From Escherichia coli (GTDB lineage: Bacteria > Pseudomonadota > Gammaproteobacteria > Enterobacterales > Enterobacteriaceae): a stretch of 64,000 nucleotides of DNA. The notes under the pieces were generated by a model. It was not told where the DNA came from. It saw only the letters and a program-made list of their open reading frames with translations, and ran no database searches. The stretch lies in assembly GCF_045037415.1 (NCBI RefSeq), contig NZ_CP173438.1. The stretch is one strand, 5' to 3'. Positions 44,743 to 55,655 of this stretch are shown here, piece by piece; position 1 is the first letter of the stretch, and each line of letters starts with the position of its first letter. The translations under genes were made by a program, and so were the position numbers.

Positions 44743-45860
44743 GCTTCACTCTCCTGCTGACGATACTGATACCACGCGGCGCACGCTCCTTCGGAGGAAA
44801 CCATCAGCGCACCAAACGCGGTTTGAGGATTACAGGTGTTACCAAACAGCGGGCATTGATGCGGCTTACATTTGCCCGTCAAGACTTCGCCACAACGCGC
44901 ACGCGGGTCATCGCAGACCTGCTGCGGTGCCGGGCGGAAATGTGCTTCGGCATCGAATCGTTGATAATCCGGCGTCAGGTGCACGCCAGAAGATTCAATC
45001 ACGCCTAAGCCGCGCCATTCACTGTCGCCGTTGACACAGAACACATCAGCAATGGCCTGTTGCGCCAGCAGGTTACCGGCATCCGGTACCACCCGACGAT
45101 ACTGATTCTCTACCTTGCTGTGGGCCGCTATTTTCTGCTCCACCAGCATCACCACGCCTTGAAGTAGATCAAGGGGTTCGAAACCAGCGACCACTAGCGG
45201 ACGATGAAAATCGCTGGCGATAAAATTATAGGCATCAGTGCCGATAACCATACTGACGTGGCCCGGCGCGAGGAACGCGTCGATACCGTTATCTGGCTGT
45301 TCCAGCAAACTGCGCAGTGTCGGGATAAGCGTAATGTGCTGGCAGAAGAAGTAAAAATTCTGCACATCGCGGGCTTTCGCCTGTTGCAGAGTGATGGCGG
45401 TGGTCGGCATGGTGGTTTCAAAACCTAAGCCGAAGAATACCACTTTACGGGTTGGATTCTCCTGCGCCAGTTTCAACGCATCCATTGGCGAGTAAACGAT
45501 GCGCACATCGGCACCGCGTGCTTTTGCCTGCAACAGCGACCCCTGTTTCCCTGGTACGCGCATGGCATCGCCAAAGGTACAGAAGATGACTTCCGGATGG
45601 CTGGCAATCTCCACGCAGGTGTCGATTCTACCCATTGGCAGTACGCACACCGGGCAACCCGGACCGTGGATAAACTCAACGTTTTCCGGTAGCAACTGGT
45701 CGAGGCCGAATTTAAAAATGGCGTGGGTATGACCGCCACACACTTCCATAATCCGCAGAGGGCGTTCGGCGGTGTAAGAGAGATGTGAAGCACGTTCGCG
45801 CAGATGCTCAATTAACTGCATTACCTGTTCCGGCGCGCGATATTCATCAACAAAACGCAT
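44739..45860 (-). CDS. hypD: hydrogenase maturation Fe-S protein HypD
   Basis: 373-aa ORF; conserved CGxH and GPGCPVC motifs. Confidence 0.95.
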   Translation of the reverse strand: MRFVDEYRAPEQVMQLIEHLRERASHLSYTAERPLRIMEVCGGHTHAIFKFGLDQLLPENVEFIHGPGCPVCVLPMGRIDTCVEIASHPEVIFCTFGDAMRVPGKQGSLLQAKARGADVRIVYSPMDALKLAQENPTRKVVFFGLGFETTMPTTAITLQQAKARDVQNFYFFCQHITLIPTLRSLLEQPDNGIDAFLAPGHVSMVIGTDAYNFIASDFHRPLVVAGFEPLDLLQGVVMLVEQKIAAHSKVENQYRRVVPDAGNLLAQQAIADVFCVNGDSEWRGLGVIESSGVHLTPDYQRFDAEAHFRPAPQQVCDDPRARCGEVLTGKCKPHQCPLFGNTCNPQTAFGALMVSSEGACAAWYQYRQQESEA

Positions 45861-46132
45861 TATTTTTCCTCGCCATACAACAGCGCGCCGACATCTGGCT
45901 CAACGTCAAACATGTTTTGTAAGGCGTCGAGAGTGTCGCGTGCTTCGGCTTCATTAATTACGCTCATGGCAAAGCCAACGTGAACCAGTACCCACTGGCC
46001 CACGCGTGGCTGACCGTTTTCATCGCAGCTGCCGACTAACGTTAAATCGACATCGCGTTGAATGCCGCAGACGTCGACTTTCGCCTGGTTGCCGTCAATG
46101 GTGCGGATCTGGCCGGGAACGCCTATGCACAT
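45860..46132 (-). CDS. hypC: hydrogenase maturation chaperone HypC
   Basis: 90 aa from MCIGVPGQI (conserved Cys2). Confidence 0.9.
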   Translation of the reverse strand: MCIGVPGQIRTIDGNQAKVDVCGIQRDVDLTLVGSCDENGQPRVGQWVLVHVGFAMSVINEAEARDTLDALQNMFDVEPDVGALLYGEEK

Positions 46133-46995
46133 CGCTGTGTCTCCAGCCAGTTCAGCCACTGGTCCATCCCTTCGCCGCTGGTGGCGGAAATAAGGATGAT
46201 TTCAATTTCTGGATTGACTTCACGGGCGCAGGCGATGCACTTCTCAACGTCAAAGTTGAGATACGGCAGCAAGTCAACTTTGTTGAGCAGCATCAGCGAG
46301 GCGGCGGCAAACATGTGCGGATATTTCAGCGGTTTGTCTTCACCTTCGGTAACGGAAAGCACCGCCACTTTGTGTTTTTCACCGAGATCGAAGCTGGCCG
46401 GGCAAACGAGGTTACCGACGTTTTCGATAAACAGAATACCGTTATCGTCCAGTGGCAGGCGCGGCGCGGCGTCGGCAATCATCTGTGCGTCAAGATGGCA
46501 GCCTTTACCGGTGTTCACCTGAATCGCTGGGGTGCCGGTAGCGCGAATGCGTGCGGCATCGTTCACGGTTTGCTGGTCACCTTCAATAACCGCGCACGGA
46601 ACGCTGTCTTTCAGGCGCATTAAAGTTTCCGTCAGCAGGGTGGTTTTACCGGAACCAGGGCTGGAAACCAGGTTGAGCACCAGTTGCTTGCGGGCAGCAA
46701 AGCGCGCGCGGTTGCGTTCAGCCAGACGGTTATTTTTGTCCAGCACGTCAATTTCGACTTCCAGCATCCGACGCTGGCTCATGCCCGGCGCGTGAGTGCC
46801 CGCTTCGCCATGACCGTAATGCAGATCGCCTTCTTCAGTCTGGCTGGGGGTAAATTCAGGCGCTTTAATGCCGGTGATTTTCATCTTCGGGCGTGCCGCC
46901 GGGGCAAATGGCGCGCTACGAAACGCGGAATGAGGGTTATGTTCATCACCCTCGATATAGAGGTTGCCTTCACCGCAACCGCATGTTGTACACAT
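46123..46995 (-). CDS. hypB: hydrogenase nickel-incorporation GTPase HypB
   Basis: 290-aa ORF; N-terminal CTTCGCGEG metal site; P-loop SSPGSGKTT. Confidence 0.95.
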   Translation of the reverse strand: MCTTCGCGEGNLYIEGDEHNPHSAFRSAPFAPAARPKMKITGIKAPEFTPSQTEEGDLHYGHGEAGTHAPGMSQRRMLEVEIDVLDKNNRLAERNRARFAARKQLVLNLVSSPGSGKTTLLTETLMRLKDSVPCAVIEGDQQTVNDAARIRATGTPAIQVNTGKGCHLDAQMIADAAPRLPLDDNGILFIENVGNLVCPASFDLGEKHKVAVLSVTEGEDKPLKYPHMFAAASLMLLNKVDLLPYLNFDVEKCIACAREVNPEIEIILISATSGEGMDQWLNWLETQRCA

Positions 46996-46998
46996 CGC

Positions 46999-47349
46999 TC
47001 ACTCCTGGTCTATTTCTATCCGCCGAATCTGTAAACCGTCGTCTGCCACAATCTGTAGCATGTCACCATGACACTGTGGACAGCGGCGGACGCGCTGGGT
47101 CAGTAGCGTCACATACTGTTGGCATGTTTCACACCAGCATTCGGCCTCTTGTTCTTCGAGGTGCAGTTTACAACCTTCCGCCACGCTGCCGCGGCAAACC
47201 AGATCAAAACAAAAGGCAAGAGAGCTGGTTTCGACACAAGAAAATGCGCCAATTTTGAGCCAGACCCCAGTTACGCGTTTTGCGCCGTGTTTTGCGGCCT
47301 GCTGTTCGATCAATTCCAGTGCCCGTTGGCAGAGGGTTATTTCGTGCAT
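46999..47349 (-). CDS. hypA: hydrogenase nickel-insertion protein HypA
   Basis: 116 aa from MHEITLCQ, preceded by GGGAGG; zinc site CETC...CPQC. Confidence 0.9.
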   Translation of the reverse strand: MHEITLCQRALELIEQQAAKHGAKRVTGVWLKIGAFSCVETSSLAFCFDLVCRGSVAEGCKLHLEEQEAECWCETCQQYVTLLTQRVRRCPQCHGDMLQIVADDGLQIRRIEIDQE

Positions 47350-47380
47350 ATCGCCTCCCATTAACTATTGCCAGCTACAA

Positions 47381-47396
47381 GCAATAATTGCGCCAG
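47381..47396 (-). promoter_or_regulatory. sigma-54 promoter for hypA (-24 TGGCGC / -12 TTGCT)
   Basis: Reverse complement reads CTGGCGCAATTATTGCT with GG and GC at the canonical spacing. Confidence 0.5.
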
Positions 47397-47421
47397 TGTT
47401 GATTATCCCTGCGGTGAATAA

Positions 47422-47460
47422 TGTCGATGATGTCGAAATGACACGTCGACACGGCGACGA
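47422..47460. promoter_or_regulatory. candidate FhlA upstream activating region shared by hyp and hyc promoters
   Basis: Cluster of TGTCGA / TCGACA hexamers (TGTCGATGATGTCGAAATGACACGTCGACA) between the two divergent sigma-54 promoters. Confidence 0.35.
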
Positions 47461-47508
47461 AATTCATCTTTAGCTTAGAAATCGCTTTAATAACAATGAA
47501 TTAAAAGT

Positions 47509-47524
47509 TGGCACAGAAAATGCT
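47509..47524 (+). promoter_or_regulatory. sigma-54 promoter for hycA operon (-24 TGGCAC / -12 ATGCT)
   Basis: TGGCACAGAAAATGCT with GG/GC at canonical spacing, about 40 nt upstream of the hycA ATG. Confidence 0.5.
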
Positions 47525-47560
47525 TAAAGCTGGCATCTCTGTTAAACGGGTAACCTGACA

Positions 47561-48022
47561 ATGACTATTTGGGAAATAAGCGAGAAAGCCGATTACATCG
47601 CACAGCGGCATCGTCGCCTACAGGACCAGTGGCACATCTACTGCAATTCGCTGGTTCAGGGGATCACGTTATCGAAAGCGCGCCTGCATCACGCCATGAG
47701 CTGCGCGCCGGACAAAGAACTCTGTTTCGTCCTTTTTGAACATTTTCGCATTTACGTCACCCTGGCGGATGGCTTTAACAGCCACACCATCGAGTATTAC
47801 GTCGAAACAAAAGATGGCGAAGACAAACAGCGGATTGCGCAGGCGCAGTTGAGCATTGACGGCATGATTGATGGCAAGGTCAACATCCGCGATCGCGAAC
47901 AAGTTCTGGAACACTATCTCGAAAAAATCGCTGGCGTTTACGACAGCTTATATACCGCCATTGAAAACAATGTGCCGGTGAATTTAAGCCAACTGGTAAA
48001 GGGACAAAGCCCGGTAGCATGA
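47561..48022 (+). CDS. hycA: formate hydrogenlyase regulatory protein HycA
   Basis: 153-aa ORF; first gene of the hyc operon. Confidence 0.9.
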   Translation: MTIWEISEKADYIAQRHRRLQDQWHIYCNSLVQGITLSKARLHHAMSCAPDKELCFVLFEHFRIYVTLADGFNSHTIEYYVETKDGEDKQRIAQAQLSIDGMIDGKVNIRDREQVLEHYLEKIAGVYDSLYTAIENNVPVNLSQLVKGQSPVA

Positions 48023-48146
48023 GCTGAGGCTTTGCCCGTTTTGCAGGCGTTACGCCTGTTTGGGGATGGGCGTGTCGATGAGTGTCGAAAATGACATTTC
48101 ATCGGCATGTTTTCGTCAAAAATGACAATCACCTGAGGAATGCCTG

Positions 48147-48758
48147 GTGAATCGTTTTGTAATTGCTGACTCCACGCTCTGTATCGGCTGCCACACTTGT
48201 GAGGCTGCCTGTTCAGAGACGCATCGCCAGCACGGCCTGCAATCAATGCCGCGCCTGCGAGTGATGCTCAATGAAAAAGAATCTGCGCCGCAGCTCTGTC
48301 ACCACTGTGAAGATGCACCCTGCGCAACGGTCTGCCCGGTTAACGCCATCACTCGTGTTGATGGTGCCGTACAGCTGAATGAAAGCTTGTGCGTAAGCTG
48401 CAAACTGTGTGGCATCGCCTGCCCGTTTGGCGCAATTGAATTTTCCGGCAGCCGTCCGCTGGATATTCCGGCAAACACCAATACCCCGAAAGCGCCACCG
48501 GCACCGCCTGCTCCGGCGCGTGTCAGCACATTGCTTGACTGGGTGCCAGGTATTCGCGCGATCGCCGTCAAATGTGACCTTTGTAGCTTTGATGAACAAG
48601 GTCCGGCCTGCGTGCGGATGTGCCCGACTAAAGCCCTGCATCTGGTGGATAACACCGATATCGCCCGCGTCAGCAAACGTAAGCGTGAGCTGACTTTTAA
48701 CACGGACTTTGGCGATCTCACCTTGTTTCAGCAGGCTCAAAGTGGAGAGGCTAAATGA
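48147..48758 (+). CDS. hycB: formate hydrogenlyase 4Fe-4S ferredoxin-type subunit
   Basis: 203-aa ORF; multiple CxxCxxCxxxCP motifs. Confidence 0.95.
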   Translation: MNRFVIADSTLCIGCHTCEAACSETHRQHGLQSMPRLRVMLNEKESAPQLCHHCEDAPCATVCPVNAITRVDGAVQLNESLCVSCKLCGIACPFGAIEFSGSRPLDIPANTNTPKAPPAPPAPARVSTLLDWVPGIRAIAVKCDLCSFDEQGPACVRMCPTKALHLVDNTDIARVSKRKRELTFNTDFGDLTLFQQAQSGEAK

Positions 48759-50581
48759 GCGCAATTTCCCTGATCAATAGCGGCGTGGCGTGGTTTGTCG
48801 CCGCCGCTGTTCTGGCATTTCTCTTTTCTTTTCAAAAAGCGCTAAGTGGCTGGATAGCCGGAATTGGCGGCGCGGTGGGTAGCCTGTATACGGCAGCCGC
48901 GGGCTTCACTGTGCTGACTGGCGCGGTTGGCGTGAGCGGTGCGCTGTCGTTGGTAAGCTACGATGTGCAAATCTCTCCGCTTAACGCGATTTGGCTGATT
49001 ACGCTCGGTCTGTGCGGTCTGTTTGTCAGCCTCTACAACATTGACTGGCATCGCCACGCGCAGGTGAAGTGCAACGGCTTGCAGATCAATATGTTGATGG
49101 CTGCCGCCGTCTGTGCCGTCATCGCCAGCAACCTCGGCATGTTCGTGGTAATGGCCGAAATCATGGCCCTGTGTGCGGTGTTCCTCACCAGCAACAGCAA
49201 AGAGGGCAAACTGTGGTTTGCGCTGGGGCGTCTTGGCACTCTGCTGCTGGCGATTGCCTGCTGGCTGCTGTGGCAGCGTTACGGCACGCTGGATCTGCGC
49301 CTGCTGGATATGCGTATGCAACAGCTGCCGCTCGGTTCCGATATCTGGCTGCTCGGTGTGATTGGCTTTGGCCTGCTGGCCGGGATTATTCCGCTGCACG
49401 GCTGGGTGCCACAGGCACATGCCAACGCCTCTGCGCCAGCTGCCGCGCTGTTTTCCACGGTAGTCATGAAAATTGGCCTGCTGGGCATTTTAACTCTGTC
49501 ACTACTGGGCGGTAATGCACCGCTGTGGTGGGGGATCGCACTGCTGGTACTCGGCATGATCACCGCATTCGTCGGCGGTCTGTATGCGTTGATGGAACAT
49601 AATATCCAACGTCTGCTGGCTTACCACACCCTGGAAAATATCGGCATCATCCTGCTGGGGCTGGGCGCTGGCGTAACGGGTATCGCGCTCGAACAACCGG
49701 CGCTGATTGCCCTTGGTCTGGTTGGTGGTCTGTACCATCTGCTTAACCATAGCCTGTTCAAGAGCGTACTGTTCCTTGGTGCGGGGAGCGTCTGGTTCCG
49801 TACCGGTCATCGCGATATCGAAAAACTCGGTGGTATTGGCAAGAAAATGCCGGTTATCTCCATCGCCATGTTAGTCGGGCTGATGGCAATGGCTGCGCTG
49901 CCGCCGCTGAACGGTTTTGCCGGGGAATGGGTTATCTATCAATCCTTCTTCAAACTGAGCAATAGTGGCGCGTTTGTTGCCCGTCTTCTCGGGCCGCTGC
50001 TCGCCGTGGGGCTGGCAATTACCGGTGCGCTGGCGGTGATGTGTATGGCGAAAGTTTATGGCGTTACTTTCCTCGGCGCGCCGCGTACCAAAGAAGCCGA
50101 AAACGCCACCTGTTCGCCGCTCCTGATGAGCGTAAGCGTAGTGGCACTGGCGATTTGCTGCGTAATTGGCGGTGTTGCTGCGCCGTGGCTACTGCCGATG
50201 CTCTCTGCTGCTGTACCTCTGCCGCTGGAGCCTGCTAACACCACCGTTTCTCAACCAATGATCACGTTGTTGTTGATTGCCTGCCCGCTGCTGCCATTCA
50301 TCATTATGGCGATTTGCAAAGGCGATCGTTTGCCGTCGCGTTCCCGCGGCGCGGCCTGGGTGTGCGGCTACGATCATGAAAAATCAATGGTGATTACCGC
50401 TCACGGTTTTGCCATGCCGGTGAAACAGGCGTTTGCGCCGGTGCTGAAACTACGCAAATGGCTGAATCCGGTGTCTCTGGTGCCGGGCTGGCAGTGCGAG
50501 GGGAGTGCGTTGCTGTTCCGCCGGATGGCGCTGGTTGAACTGGCGGTGCTGGTGGTGATTATTGTTTCACGAGGAGCCTGA
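48755..50581 (+). CDS. hycC: formate hydrogenlyase membrane subunit (NuoL/M/N-like)
   Basis: 608-aa polytopic membrane ORF. Confidence 0.95.
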   Translation: MSAISLINSGVAWFVAAAVLAFLFSFQKALSGWIAGIGGAVGSLYTAAAGFTVLTGAVGVSGALSLVSYDVQISPLNAIWLITLGLCGLFVSLYNIDWHRHAQVKCNGLQINMLMAAAVCAVIASNLGMFVVMAEIMALCAVFLTSNSKEGKLWFALGRLGTLLLAIACWLLWQRYGTLDLRLLDMRMQQLPLGSDIWLLGVIGFGLLAGIIPLHGWVPQAHANASAPAAALFSTVVMKIGLLGILTLSLLGGNAPLWWGIALLVLGMITAFVGGLYALMEHNIQRLLAYHTLENIGIILLGLGAGVTGIALEQPALIALGLVGGLYHLLNHSLFKSVLFLGAGSVWFRTGHRDIEKLGGIGKKMPVISIAMLVGLMAMAALPPLNGFAGEWVIYQSFFKLSNSGAFVARLLGPLLAVGLAITGALAVMCMAKVYGVTFLGAPRTKEAENATCSPLLMSVSVVALAICCVIGGVAAPWLLPMLSAAVPLPLEPANTTVSQPMITLLLIACPLLPFIIMAICKGDRLPSRSRGAAWVCGYDHEKSMVITAHGFAMPVKQAFAPVLKLRKWLNPVSLVPGWQCEGSALLFRRMALVELAVLVVIIVSRGA

Positions 50582-50583
50582 GA

Positions 50584-51507
50584 ATGAGTGTTTTATATCC
50601 GTTAATTCAGGCGCTGGTGCTATTTGCCGTTGCGCCGCTGCTCTCCGGTATTACCCGCGTAGCACGCGCCCGTCTGCATAACCGTCGTGGGCCGGGTGTG
50701 TTGCAGGAGTATCGCGACATTATCAAACTGCTGGGCCGCCAGAGCGTTGGCCCGGATGCCTCCGGCTGGGTGTTCCGCCTGACGCCGTATGTGATGGTGG
50801 GCGTCATGCTGACTATCGCCACTGCGCTGCCGGTGGTGACCGTCGGTTCTCCGCTGCCGCAACTGGGCGATTTGATCACCTTACTGTATCTCTTCGCCAT
50901 CGCGCGTTTCTTCTTTGCCATTTCTGGTCTGGATACCGGTAGCCCGTTTACCGCTATCGGCGCGAGCCGTGAAGCGATGCTTGGCGTGTTGGTTGAACCG
51001 ATGCTGCTGCTTGGTCTGTGGGTCGCCGCACAGGTTGCCGGTTCCACCAACATCAGCAACATCACCGACACCGTTTATCACTGGCCACTGAGCCAGAGCA
51101 TCCCGCTGGTGCTGGCGCTTTGTGCCTGTGCATTCGCCACCTTTATCGAAATGGGCAAACTGCCGTTCGACCTGGCGGAAGCCGAGCAGGAGTTGCAGGA
51201 AGGTCCGCTCTCTGAGTATAGCGGCAGCGGCTTTGGCGTCATGAAATGGGGTATCAGCCTGAAACAGCTGGTGGTGTTGCAGATGTTCGTCGGGGTGTTT
51301 ATTCCGTGGGGACAAATGGAAACCTTCACCGTCGGTGGGCTGCTGCTGGCGCTGGTGATTGCCATCGTCAAACTGGTGGTTGGCGTCCTGGTTATCGCGC
51401 TGTTCGAAAACAGCATGGCCCGTCTGCGTCTTGATATTACTCCGCGCATTACCTGGGCCGGGTTTGGCTTTGCATTTTTAGCGTTCGTCTCCTTGCTGGC
51501 GGCGTGA
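50584..51507 (+). CDS. hycD: formate hydrogenlyase membrane subunit (NuoH-like)
   Basis: 307-aa polytopic membrane ORF. Confidence 0.95.
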   Translation: MSVLYPLIQALVLFAVAPLLSGITRVARARLHNRRGPGVLQEYRDIIKLLGRQSVGPDASGWVFRLTPYVMVGVMLTIATALPVVTVGSPLPQLGDLITLLYLFAIARFFFAISGLDTGSPFTAIGASREAMLGVLVEPMLLLGLWVAAQVAGSTNISNITDTVYHWPLSQSIPLVLALCACAFATFIEMGKLPFDLAEAEQELQEGPLSEYSGSGFGVMKWGISLKQLVVLQMFVGVFIPWGQMETFTVGGLLLALVIAIVKLVVGVLVIALFENSMARLRLDITPRITWAGFGFAFLAFVSLLAA

Positions 51508-51524
51508 TTAAAGAGAGTTTGAGC

Positions 51525-53234
51525 ATGTCTGAAGAAAAATTAGGTCAACATTATCTCGCCGCGCTGAATGAGGCATTTCCTGGCGTCGTGCTGGACCACG
51601 CCTGGCAGACCAAAGATCAGCTGACCGTGACCGTAAAGGTGAACTACCTGCCGGAAGTGGTGGAGTTTCTCTACTACAAGCAGGGTGGCTGGCTGTCGGT
51701 GCTGTTTGGTAACGACGAACGCAAACTGAATGGTCATTACGCCGTTTATTACGTGCTGTCGATGGAGAAGGGCACCAAGTGTTGGGTAACGGTTCGCGTT
51801 GAAGTTGACGCCAACAAACCGGAGTATCCTTCCGTGACGCCGCGCGTTCCGGCGGCGGTGTGGGGCGAGCGTGAAGTGCGCGATATGTACGGTTTGATTC
51901 CGGTTGGTCTGCCGGATGAACGCCGTCTGGTGCTGCCGGATGACTGGCCGGATGAACTTTATCCTCTGCGTAAAGACAGCATGGATTATCGTCAGCGTCC
52001 GGCACCGACTACCGATGCTGAAACCTACGAGTTCATCAACGAACTGGGCGACAAGAAAAACAACGTCGTGCCGATTGGTCCACTGCACGTCACTTCTGAC
52101 GAACCGGGTCACTTCCGTCTGTTCGTCGATGGTGAAAACATTATCGACGCCGACTACCGCCTGTTCTACGTCCATCGCGGCATGGAAAAACTGGCGGAAA
52201 CCCGTATGGGTTACAACGAAGTGACCTTCCTCTCTGACCGTGTGTGCGGGATCTGCGGCTTTGCTCACAGCACCGCCTATACCACGTCGGTGGAAAACGC
52301 GATGGGTATTCAGGTGCCAGAACGCGCGCAGATGATCCGCGCCATTCTGCTGGAGGTAGAACGCCTGCACTCGCATCTGCTCAACCTCGGCCTGGCCTGT
52401 CACTTTACCGGCTTTGACTCCGGCTTTATGCAGTTCTTCCGCGTGCGTGAAACCTCCATGAAAATGGCAGAGATCCTTACCGGTGCGCGTAAAACCTACG
52501 GCCTGAACCTGATCGGCGGGATTCGTCGCGATCTGCTGAAAGACGACATGATTCAGACCCGCCAGCTGGCGCAACAGATGCGTCGTGAAGTGCAGGAGCT
52601 GGTGGATGTGCTGCTGAGCACACCGAACATGGAACAGCGCACCGTCGGCATTGGTCGTCTGGACCCGGAAATTGCCCGCGATTTCAGTAACGTTGGCCCG
52701 ATGGTCCGCGCCAGCGGACACGCTCGCGATACCCGCGCCGATCACCCGTTTGTTGGTTATGGCCTGCTGCCAATGGAAGTCCACAGCGAGCAGGGCTGCG
52801 ACGTTATTTCCCGTCTGAAAGTGCGTATCAACGAAGTCTATACCGCGCTGAATATGATCGATTACGGTCTGGATAACCTGCCGGGCGGCCCGCTGATGGT
52901 GGAAGGCTTTACCTACATTCCGCACCGTTTCGCGCTGGGCTTTGCCGAAGCGCCGCGCGGCGACGATATCCACTGGAGCATGACCGGCGACAACCAGAAG
53001 CTGTACCGCTGGCGCTGCCGTGCCGCGACCTACGCGAACTGGCCGACCCTGCGCTACATGCTGCGTGGCAATACCGTTTCCGATGCGCCGCTGATTATCG
53101 GTAGCCTGGACCCTTGCTACTCCTGTACCGACCGCATGACCGTGGTCGATGTACGTAAGAAGAAGAGCAAAGTGGTGCCGTACAAAGAACTCGAGCGCTA
53201 CAGCATTGAGCGTAAAAACTCGCCGCTGAAATAA
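51525..53234 (+). CDS. hycE: hydrogenase 3 [NiFe] large subunit
   Basis: 569 aa from the ATG at 51525; RVCGICG N-terminal and DPCYSCTDR C-terminal Ni-Fe ligand motifs. Confidence 0.95.
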   Translation: MSEEKLGQHYLAALNEAFPGVVLDHAWQTKDQLTVTVKVNYLPEVVEFLYYKQGGWLSVLFGNDERKLNGHYAVYYVLSMEKGTKCWVTVRVEVDANKPEYPSVTPRVPAAVWGEREVRDMYGLIPVGLPDERRLVLPDDWPDELYPLRKDSMDYRQRPAPTTDAETYEFINELGDKKNNVVPIGPLHVTSDEPGHFRLFVDGENIIDADYRLFYVHRGMEKLAETRMGYNEVTFLSDRVCGICGFAHSTAYTTSVENAMGIQVPERAQMIRAILLEVERLHSHLLNLGLACHFTGFDSGFMQFFRVRETSMKMAEILTGARKTYGLNLIGGIRRDLLKDDMIQTRQLAQQMRREVQELVDVLLSTPNMEQRTVGIGRLDPEIARDFSNVGPMVRASGHARDTRADHPFVGYGLLPMEVHSEQGCDVISRLKVRINEVYTALNMIDYGLDNLPGGPLMVEGFTYIPHRFALGFAEAPRGDDIHWSMTGDNQKLYRWRCRAATYANWPTLRYMLRGNTVSDAPLIIGSLDPCYSCTDRMTVVDVRKKKSKVVPYKELERYSIERKNSPLK

Positions 53235-53243
53235 GGAATCGCC

Positions 53244-53786
53244 ATGTTTACCTTTATCAAAAAAGTCATCAAAACCGGCACGGCGACTTCGTCTTATCCG
53301 CTGGAGCCGATTGCGGTTGATAAAAACTTCCGTGGTAAGCCAGAGCAGAACCCGCAGCAGTGCATCGGCTGTGCGGCCTGCGTCAATGCCTGCCCGTCAA
53401 ACGCCTTAACGGTTGAAACTGACCTCGCCACAGGAGAGCTGGCGTGGCAGTTCAATCTTGGACGCTGCATCTTCTGTGGACGCTGCGAAGAAGTCTGCCC
53501 GACGGCGGCGATTAAGCTGTCGCAAGAATACGAACTGGCGGTGTGGAAGAAAGAAGACTTCCTGCAACAGTCCCGCTTCGCGCTGTGCAACTGCCGCGTC
53601 TGCAATCGTCCTTTCGCCGTCCAGAAAGAGATCGACTACGCCATTGCGCTGCTTAAGCACAACGGCGACAGCCGCGCGGAAAACCACCGCGAAAGCTTTG
53701 AGACTTGCCCGGAATGTAAGCGCCAGAAATGCCTGGTGCCGTCCGACCGTATTGAACTGACTCGCCATATGAAAGAGGCCATCTGA
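53244..53786 (+). CDS. hycF: formate hydrogenlyase Fe-S subunit (NuoI-like)
   Basis: 180-aa ORF; two 4Fe-4S motifs. Confidence 0.95.
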   Translation: MFTFIKKVIKTGTATSSYPLEPIAVDKNFRGKPEQNPQQCIGCAACVNACPSNALTVETDLATGELAWQFNLGRCIFCGRCEEVCPTAAIKLSQEYELAVWKKEDFLQQSRFALCNCRVCNRPFAVQKEIDYAIALLKHNGDSRAENHRESFETCPECKRQKCLVPSDRIELTRHMKEAI

Positions 53787-54553
53787 TGAGCAATTTATTA
53801 GGCCCCCGTGACGCCAACGGCATTCCGGTCCCGATGACGGTGGATGAATCCATCGCCAGCATGAAGGCGTCGTTACTGAAAAAAATCAAACGTTCTGCCT
53901 ACGTTTATCGCGTGGACTGCGGCGGCTGTAACGGTTGCGAAATCGAAATTTTCGCCACGCTTTCGCCGCTGTTCGATGCAGAACGCTTCGGCATTAAAGT
54001 CGTTCCGTCACCGCGTCATGCGGATATTTTACTGTTTACCGGCGCGGTCACCCGTGCAATGCGATCCCCTGCGCTGCGTGCGTGGCAGTCCGCGCCGGAC
54101 CCGAAAATCTGTATCTCTTACGGTGCCTGCGGTAACAGCGGCGGGATCTTCCACGATCTCTACTGCGTGTGGGGCGGTACGGATAAAATCGTTCCGGTAG
54201 ATGTCTACATCCCTGGCTGCCCGCCAACGCCTGCCGCCACGCTGTACGGCTTTGCGATGGCGCTCGGCCTGCTGGAGCAGAAAATCCACGCCCGTGGGCC
54301 GGGTGAGCAAGATGAGCAGCCGGCAGACATTCTACATCCTGATATGGTGCAACCGTTGCGTGTGAAAGTGGACCGTGAAGCGCGTCGTCTGGCGGGTTAT
54401 CGTTACGGTCGCCAGATTGCCGATGATTTCCTGACACAGTTAGGGCAGGGCGAAGAACAGGTTGCACGCTGGCTGGAAGCGGAAAACGATCCGCGTCTGA
54501 ACGAGATTGTCAGCCATCTGAATCATGTTGTTGAAGAGGCGCGTATCCGATGA
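53786..54553 (+). CDS. hycG: hydrogenase 3 small subunit (NuoB-like)
   Basis: 255-aa ORF; [10 protein letters not shown] and GCPP Fe-S motifs. Confidence 0.95.
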   Translation: MSNLLGPRDANGIPVPMTVDESIASMKASLLKKIKRSAYVYRVDCGGCNGCEIEIFATLSPLFDAERFGIKVVPSPRHADILLFTGAVTRAMRSPALRAWQSAPDPKICISYGACGNSGGIFHDLYCVWGGTDKIVPVDVYIPGCPPTPAATLYGFAMALGLLEQKIHARGPGEQDEQPADILHPDMVQPLRVKVDREARRLAGYRYGRQIADDFLTQLGQGEEQVARWLEAENDPRLNEIVSHLNHVVEEARIR

Positions 54554-54960
54554 GTGAAAAGGTGGTGTTCAGTCAACTGAGCCGTAAATTTATTGATGAG
54601 AACGATGCCACGCCCGCCGAGGCGCAGCAGGTGGTCTATTACAGCCTGGCGATTGGTCACCACCTTGGGGTTATCGATTGCCTGGAAGCGGCACTTACCT
54701 GCCCGTGGGATGACTATCTGGCATGGATTGCCACTCTGGAGGCGGGCAGCGAAGCCCGCCGTAAAATGGAAGGCGTGCCGAAATATGGTGAGATCGTCAT
54801 CGACATTAACCATGTGCCGATGCTGGCCAACGCATTCGATAAAGCCCGGGCAGCGCAAACTTCGCAGCAGAAGGAATGGAGTACAATGCTGTTAAGTATG
54901 CTGCATGATATTCATCAGGAAAACGCCATCTATTTGATGGTGAGGAGACTGCGTGACTGA
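54550..54960 (+). CDS. hycH: formate hydrogenlyase maturation protein HycH
   Basis: 136-aa ORF overlapping hycG and hycI. Confidence 0.9.
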   Translation: MSEKVVFSQLSRKFIDENDATPAEAQQVVYYSLAIGHHLGVIDCLEAALTCPWDDYLAWIATLEAGSEARRKMEGVPKYGEIVIDINHVPMLANAFDKARAAQTSQQKEWSTMLLSMLHDIHQENAIYLMVRRLRD

Positions 54961-55420
54961 CGTTTTACTTTGTGTTGGCAATAGCATGATGGGCGATGAT
55001 GGCGCAGGCCCGCTACTGGCGGAAAAGTGCGCCGCCGCGCCGAAAGGTAACTGGGTAGTGATTGACGGCGGTAGCGCACCGGAAAACGACATTGTCGCTA
55101 TCCGCGAACTGCGCCCGACACGGCTGCTGATTGTCGACGCCACGGATATGGGGCTAAACCCTGGCGAGATCCGCATCATCGACCCGGCTGACATCGCCGA
55201 GATGTTTATGATGACTACCCATAACATGCCGCTGAACTATCTTATCGACCAGTTGAAAGAAGATATTGGCGAAGTGATTTTCCTTGGCATCCAGCCGGAT
55301 ATCGTCGGCTTTTACTACCCGATGACTCAGCCGATTAAAGATGCGGTGGAAACGGTGTATCAGCGGCTGGAAGGCTGGGAAGGAAATGGCGGCTTCGCGC
55401 AGTTAGCGGTGGAAGAATAA
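54953..55420 (+). CDS. hycI: hydrogenase 3 maturation endopeptidase
   Basis: 155-aa ORF; last gene of the hyc operon. Confidence 0.9.
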   Translation: MTDVLLCVGNSMMGDDGAGPLLAEKCAAAPKGNWVVIDGGSAPENDIVAIRELRPTRLLIVDATDMGLNPGEIRIIDPADIAEMFMMTTHNMPLNYLIDQLKEDIGEVIFLGIQPDIVGFYYPMTQPIKDAVETVYQRLEGWEGNGGFAQLAVEE

Positions 55421-55655
55421 TTCTTCATTAGGGAATTCAGGGAATTGAACATCAAAACAGGGATGTGCGCTTTTTTATTGAGCTTAGTGCTGCCTGCACA
55501 GGCCACCAGCTTTACCGAATATCTGCCAATGAGTGACAGCGAATACGCGCAAAAGCGGGCGCTGAAACCTCTCCTGACCATGCCTTATGATGCCGAGCAA
55601 ACCTGGCATTTTAGAAAAGTGGGCGTCTGACACGTTACTACAGAGAGAACAAAGA

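Noticed and set aside
55445-55462. Upstream TTG start of the 61-aa ORF after hycI
   Set aside because: Starts immediately after the hycI stop with no RBS; only the ATG-initiated version is kept, and only as a low-confidence finding.
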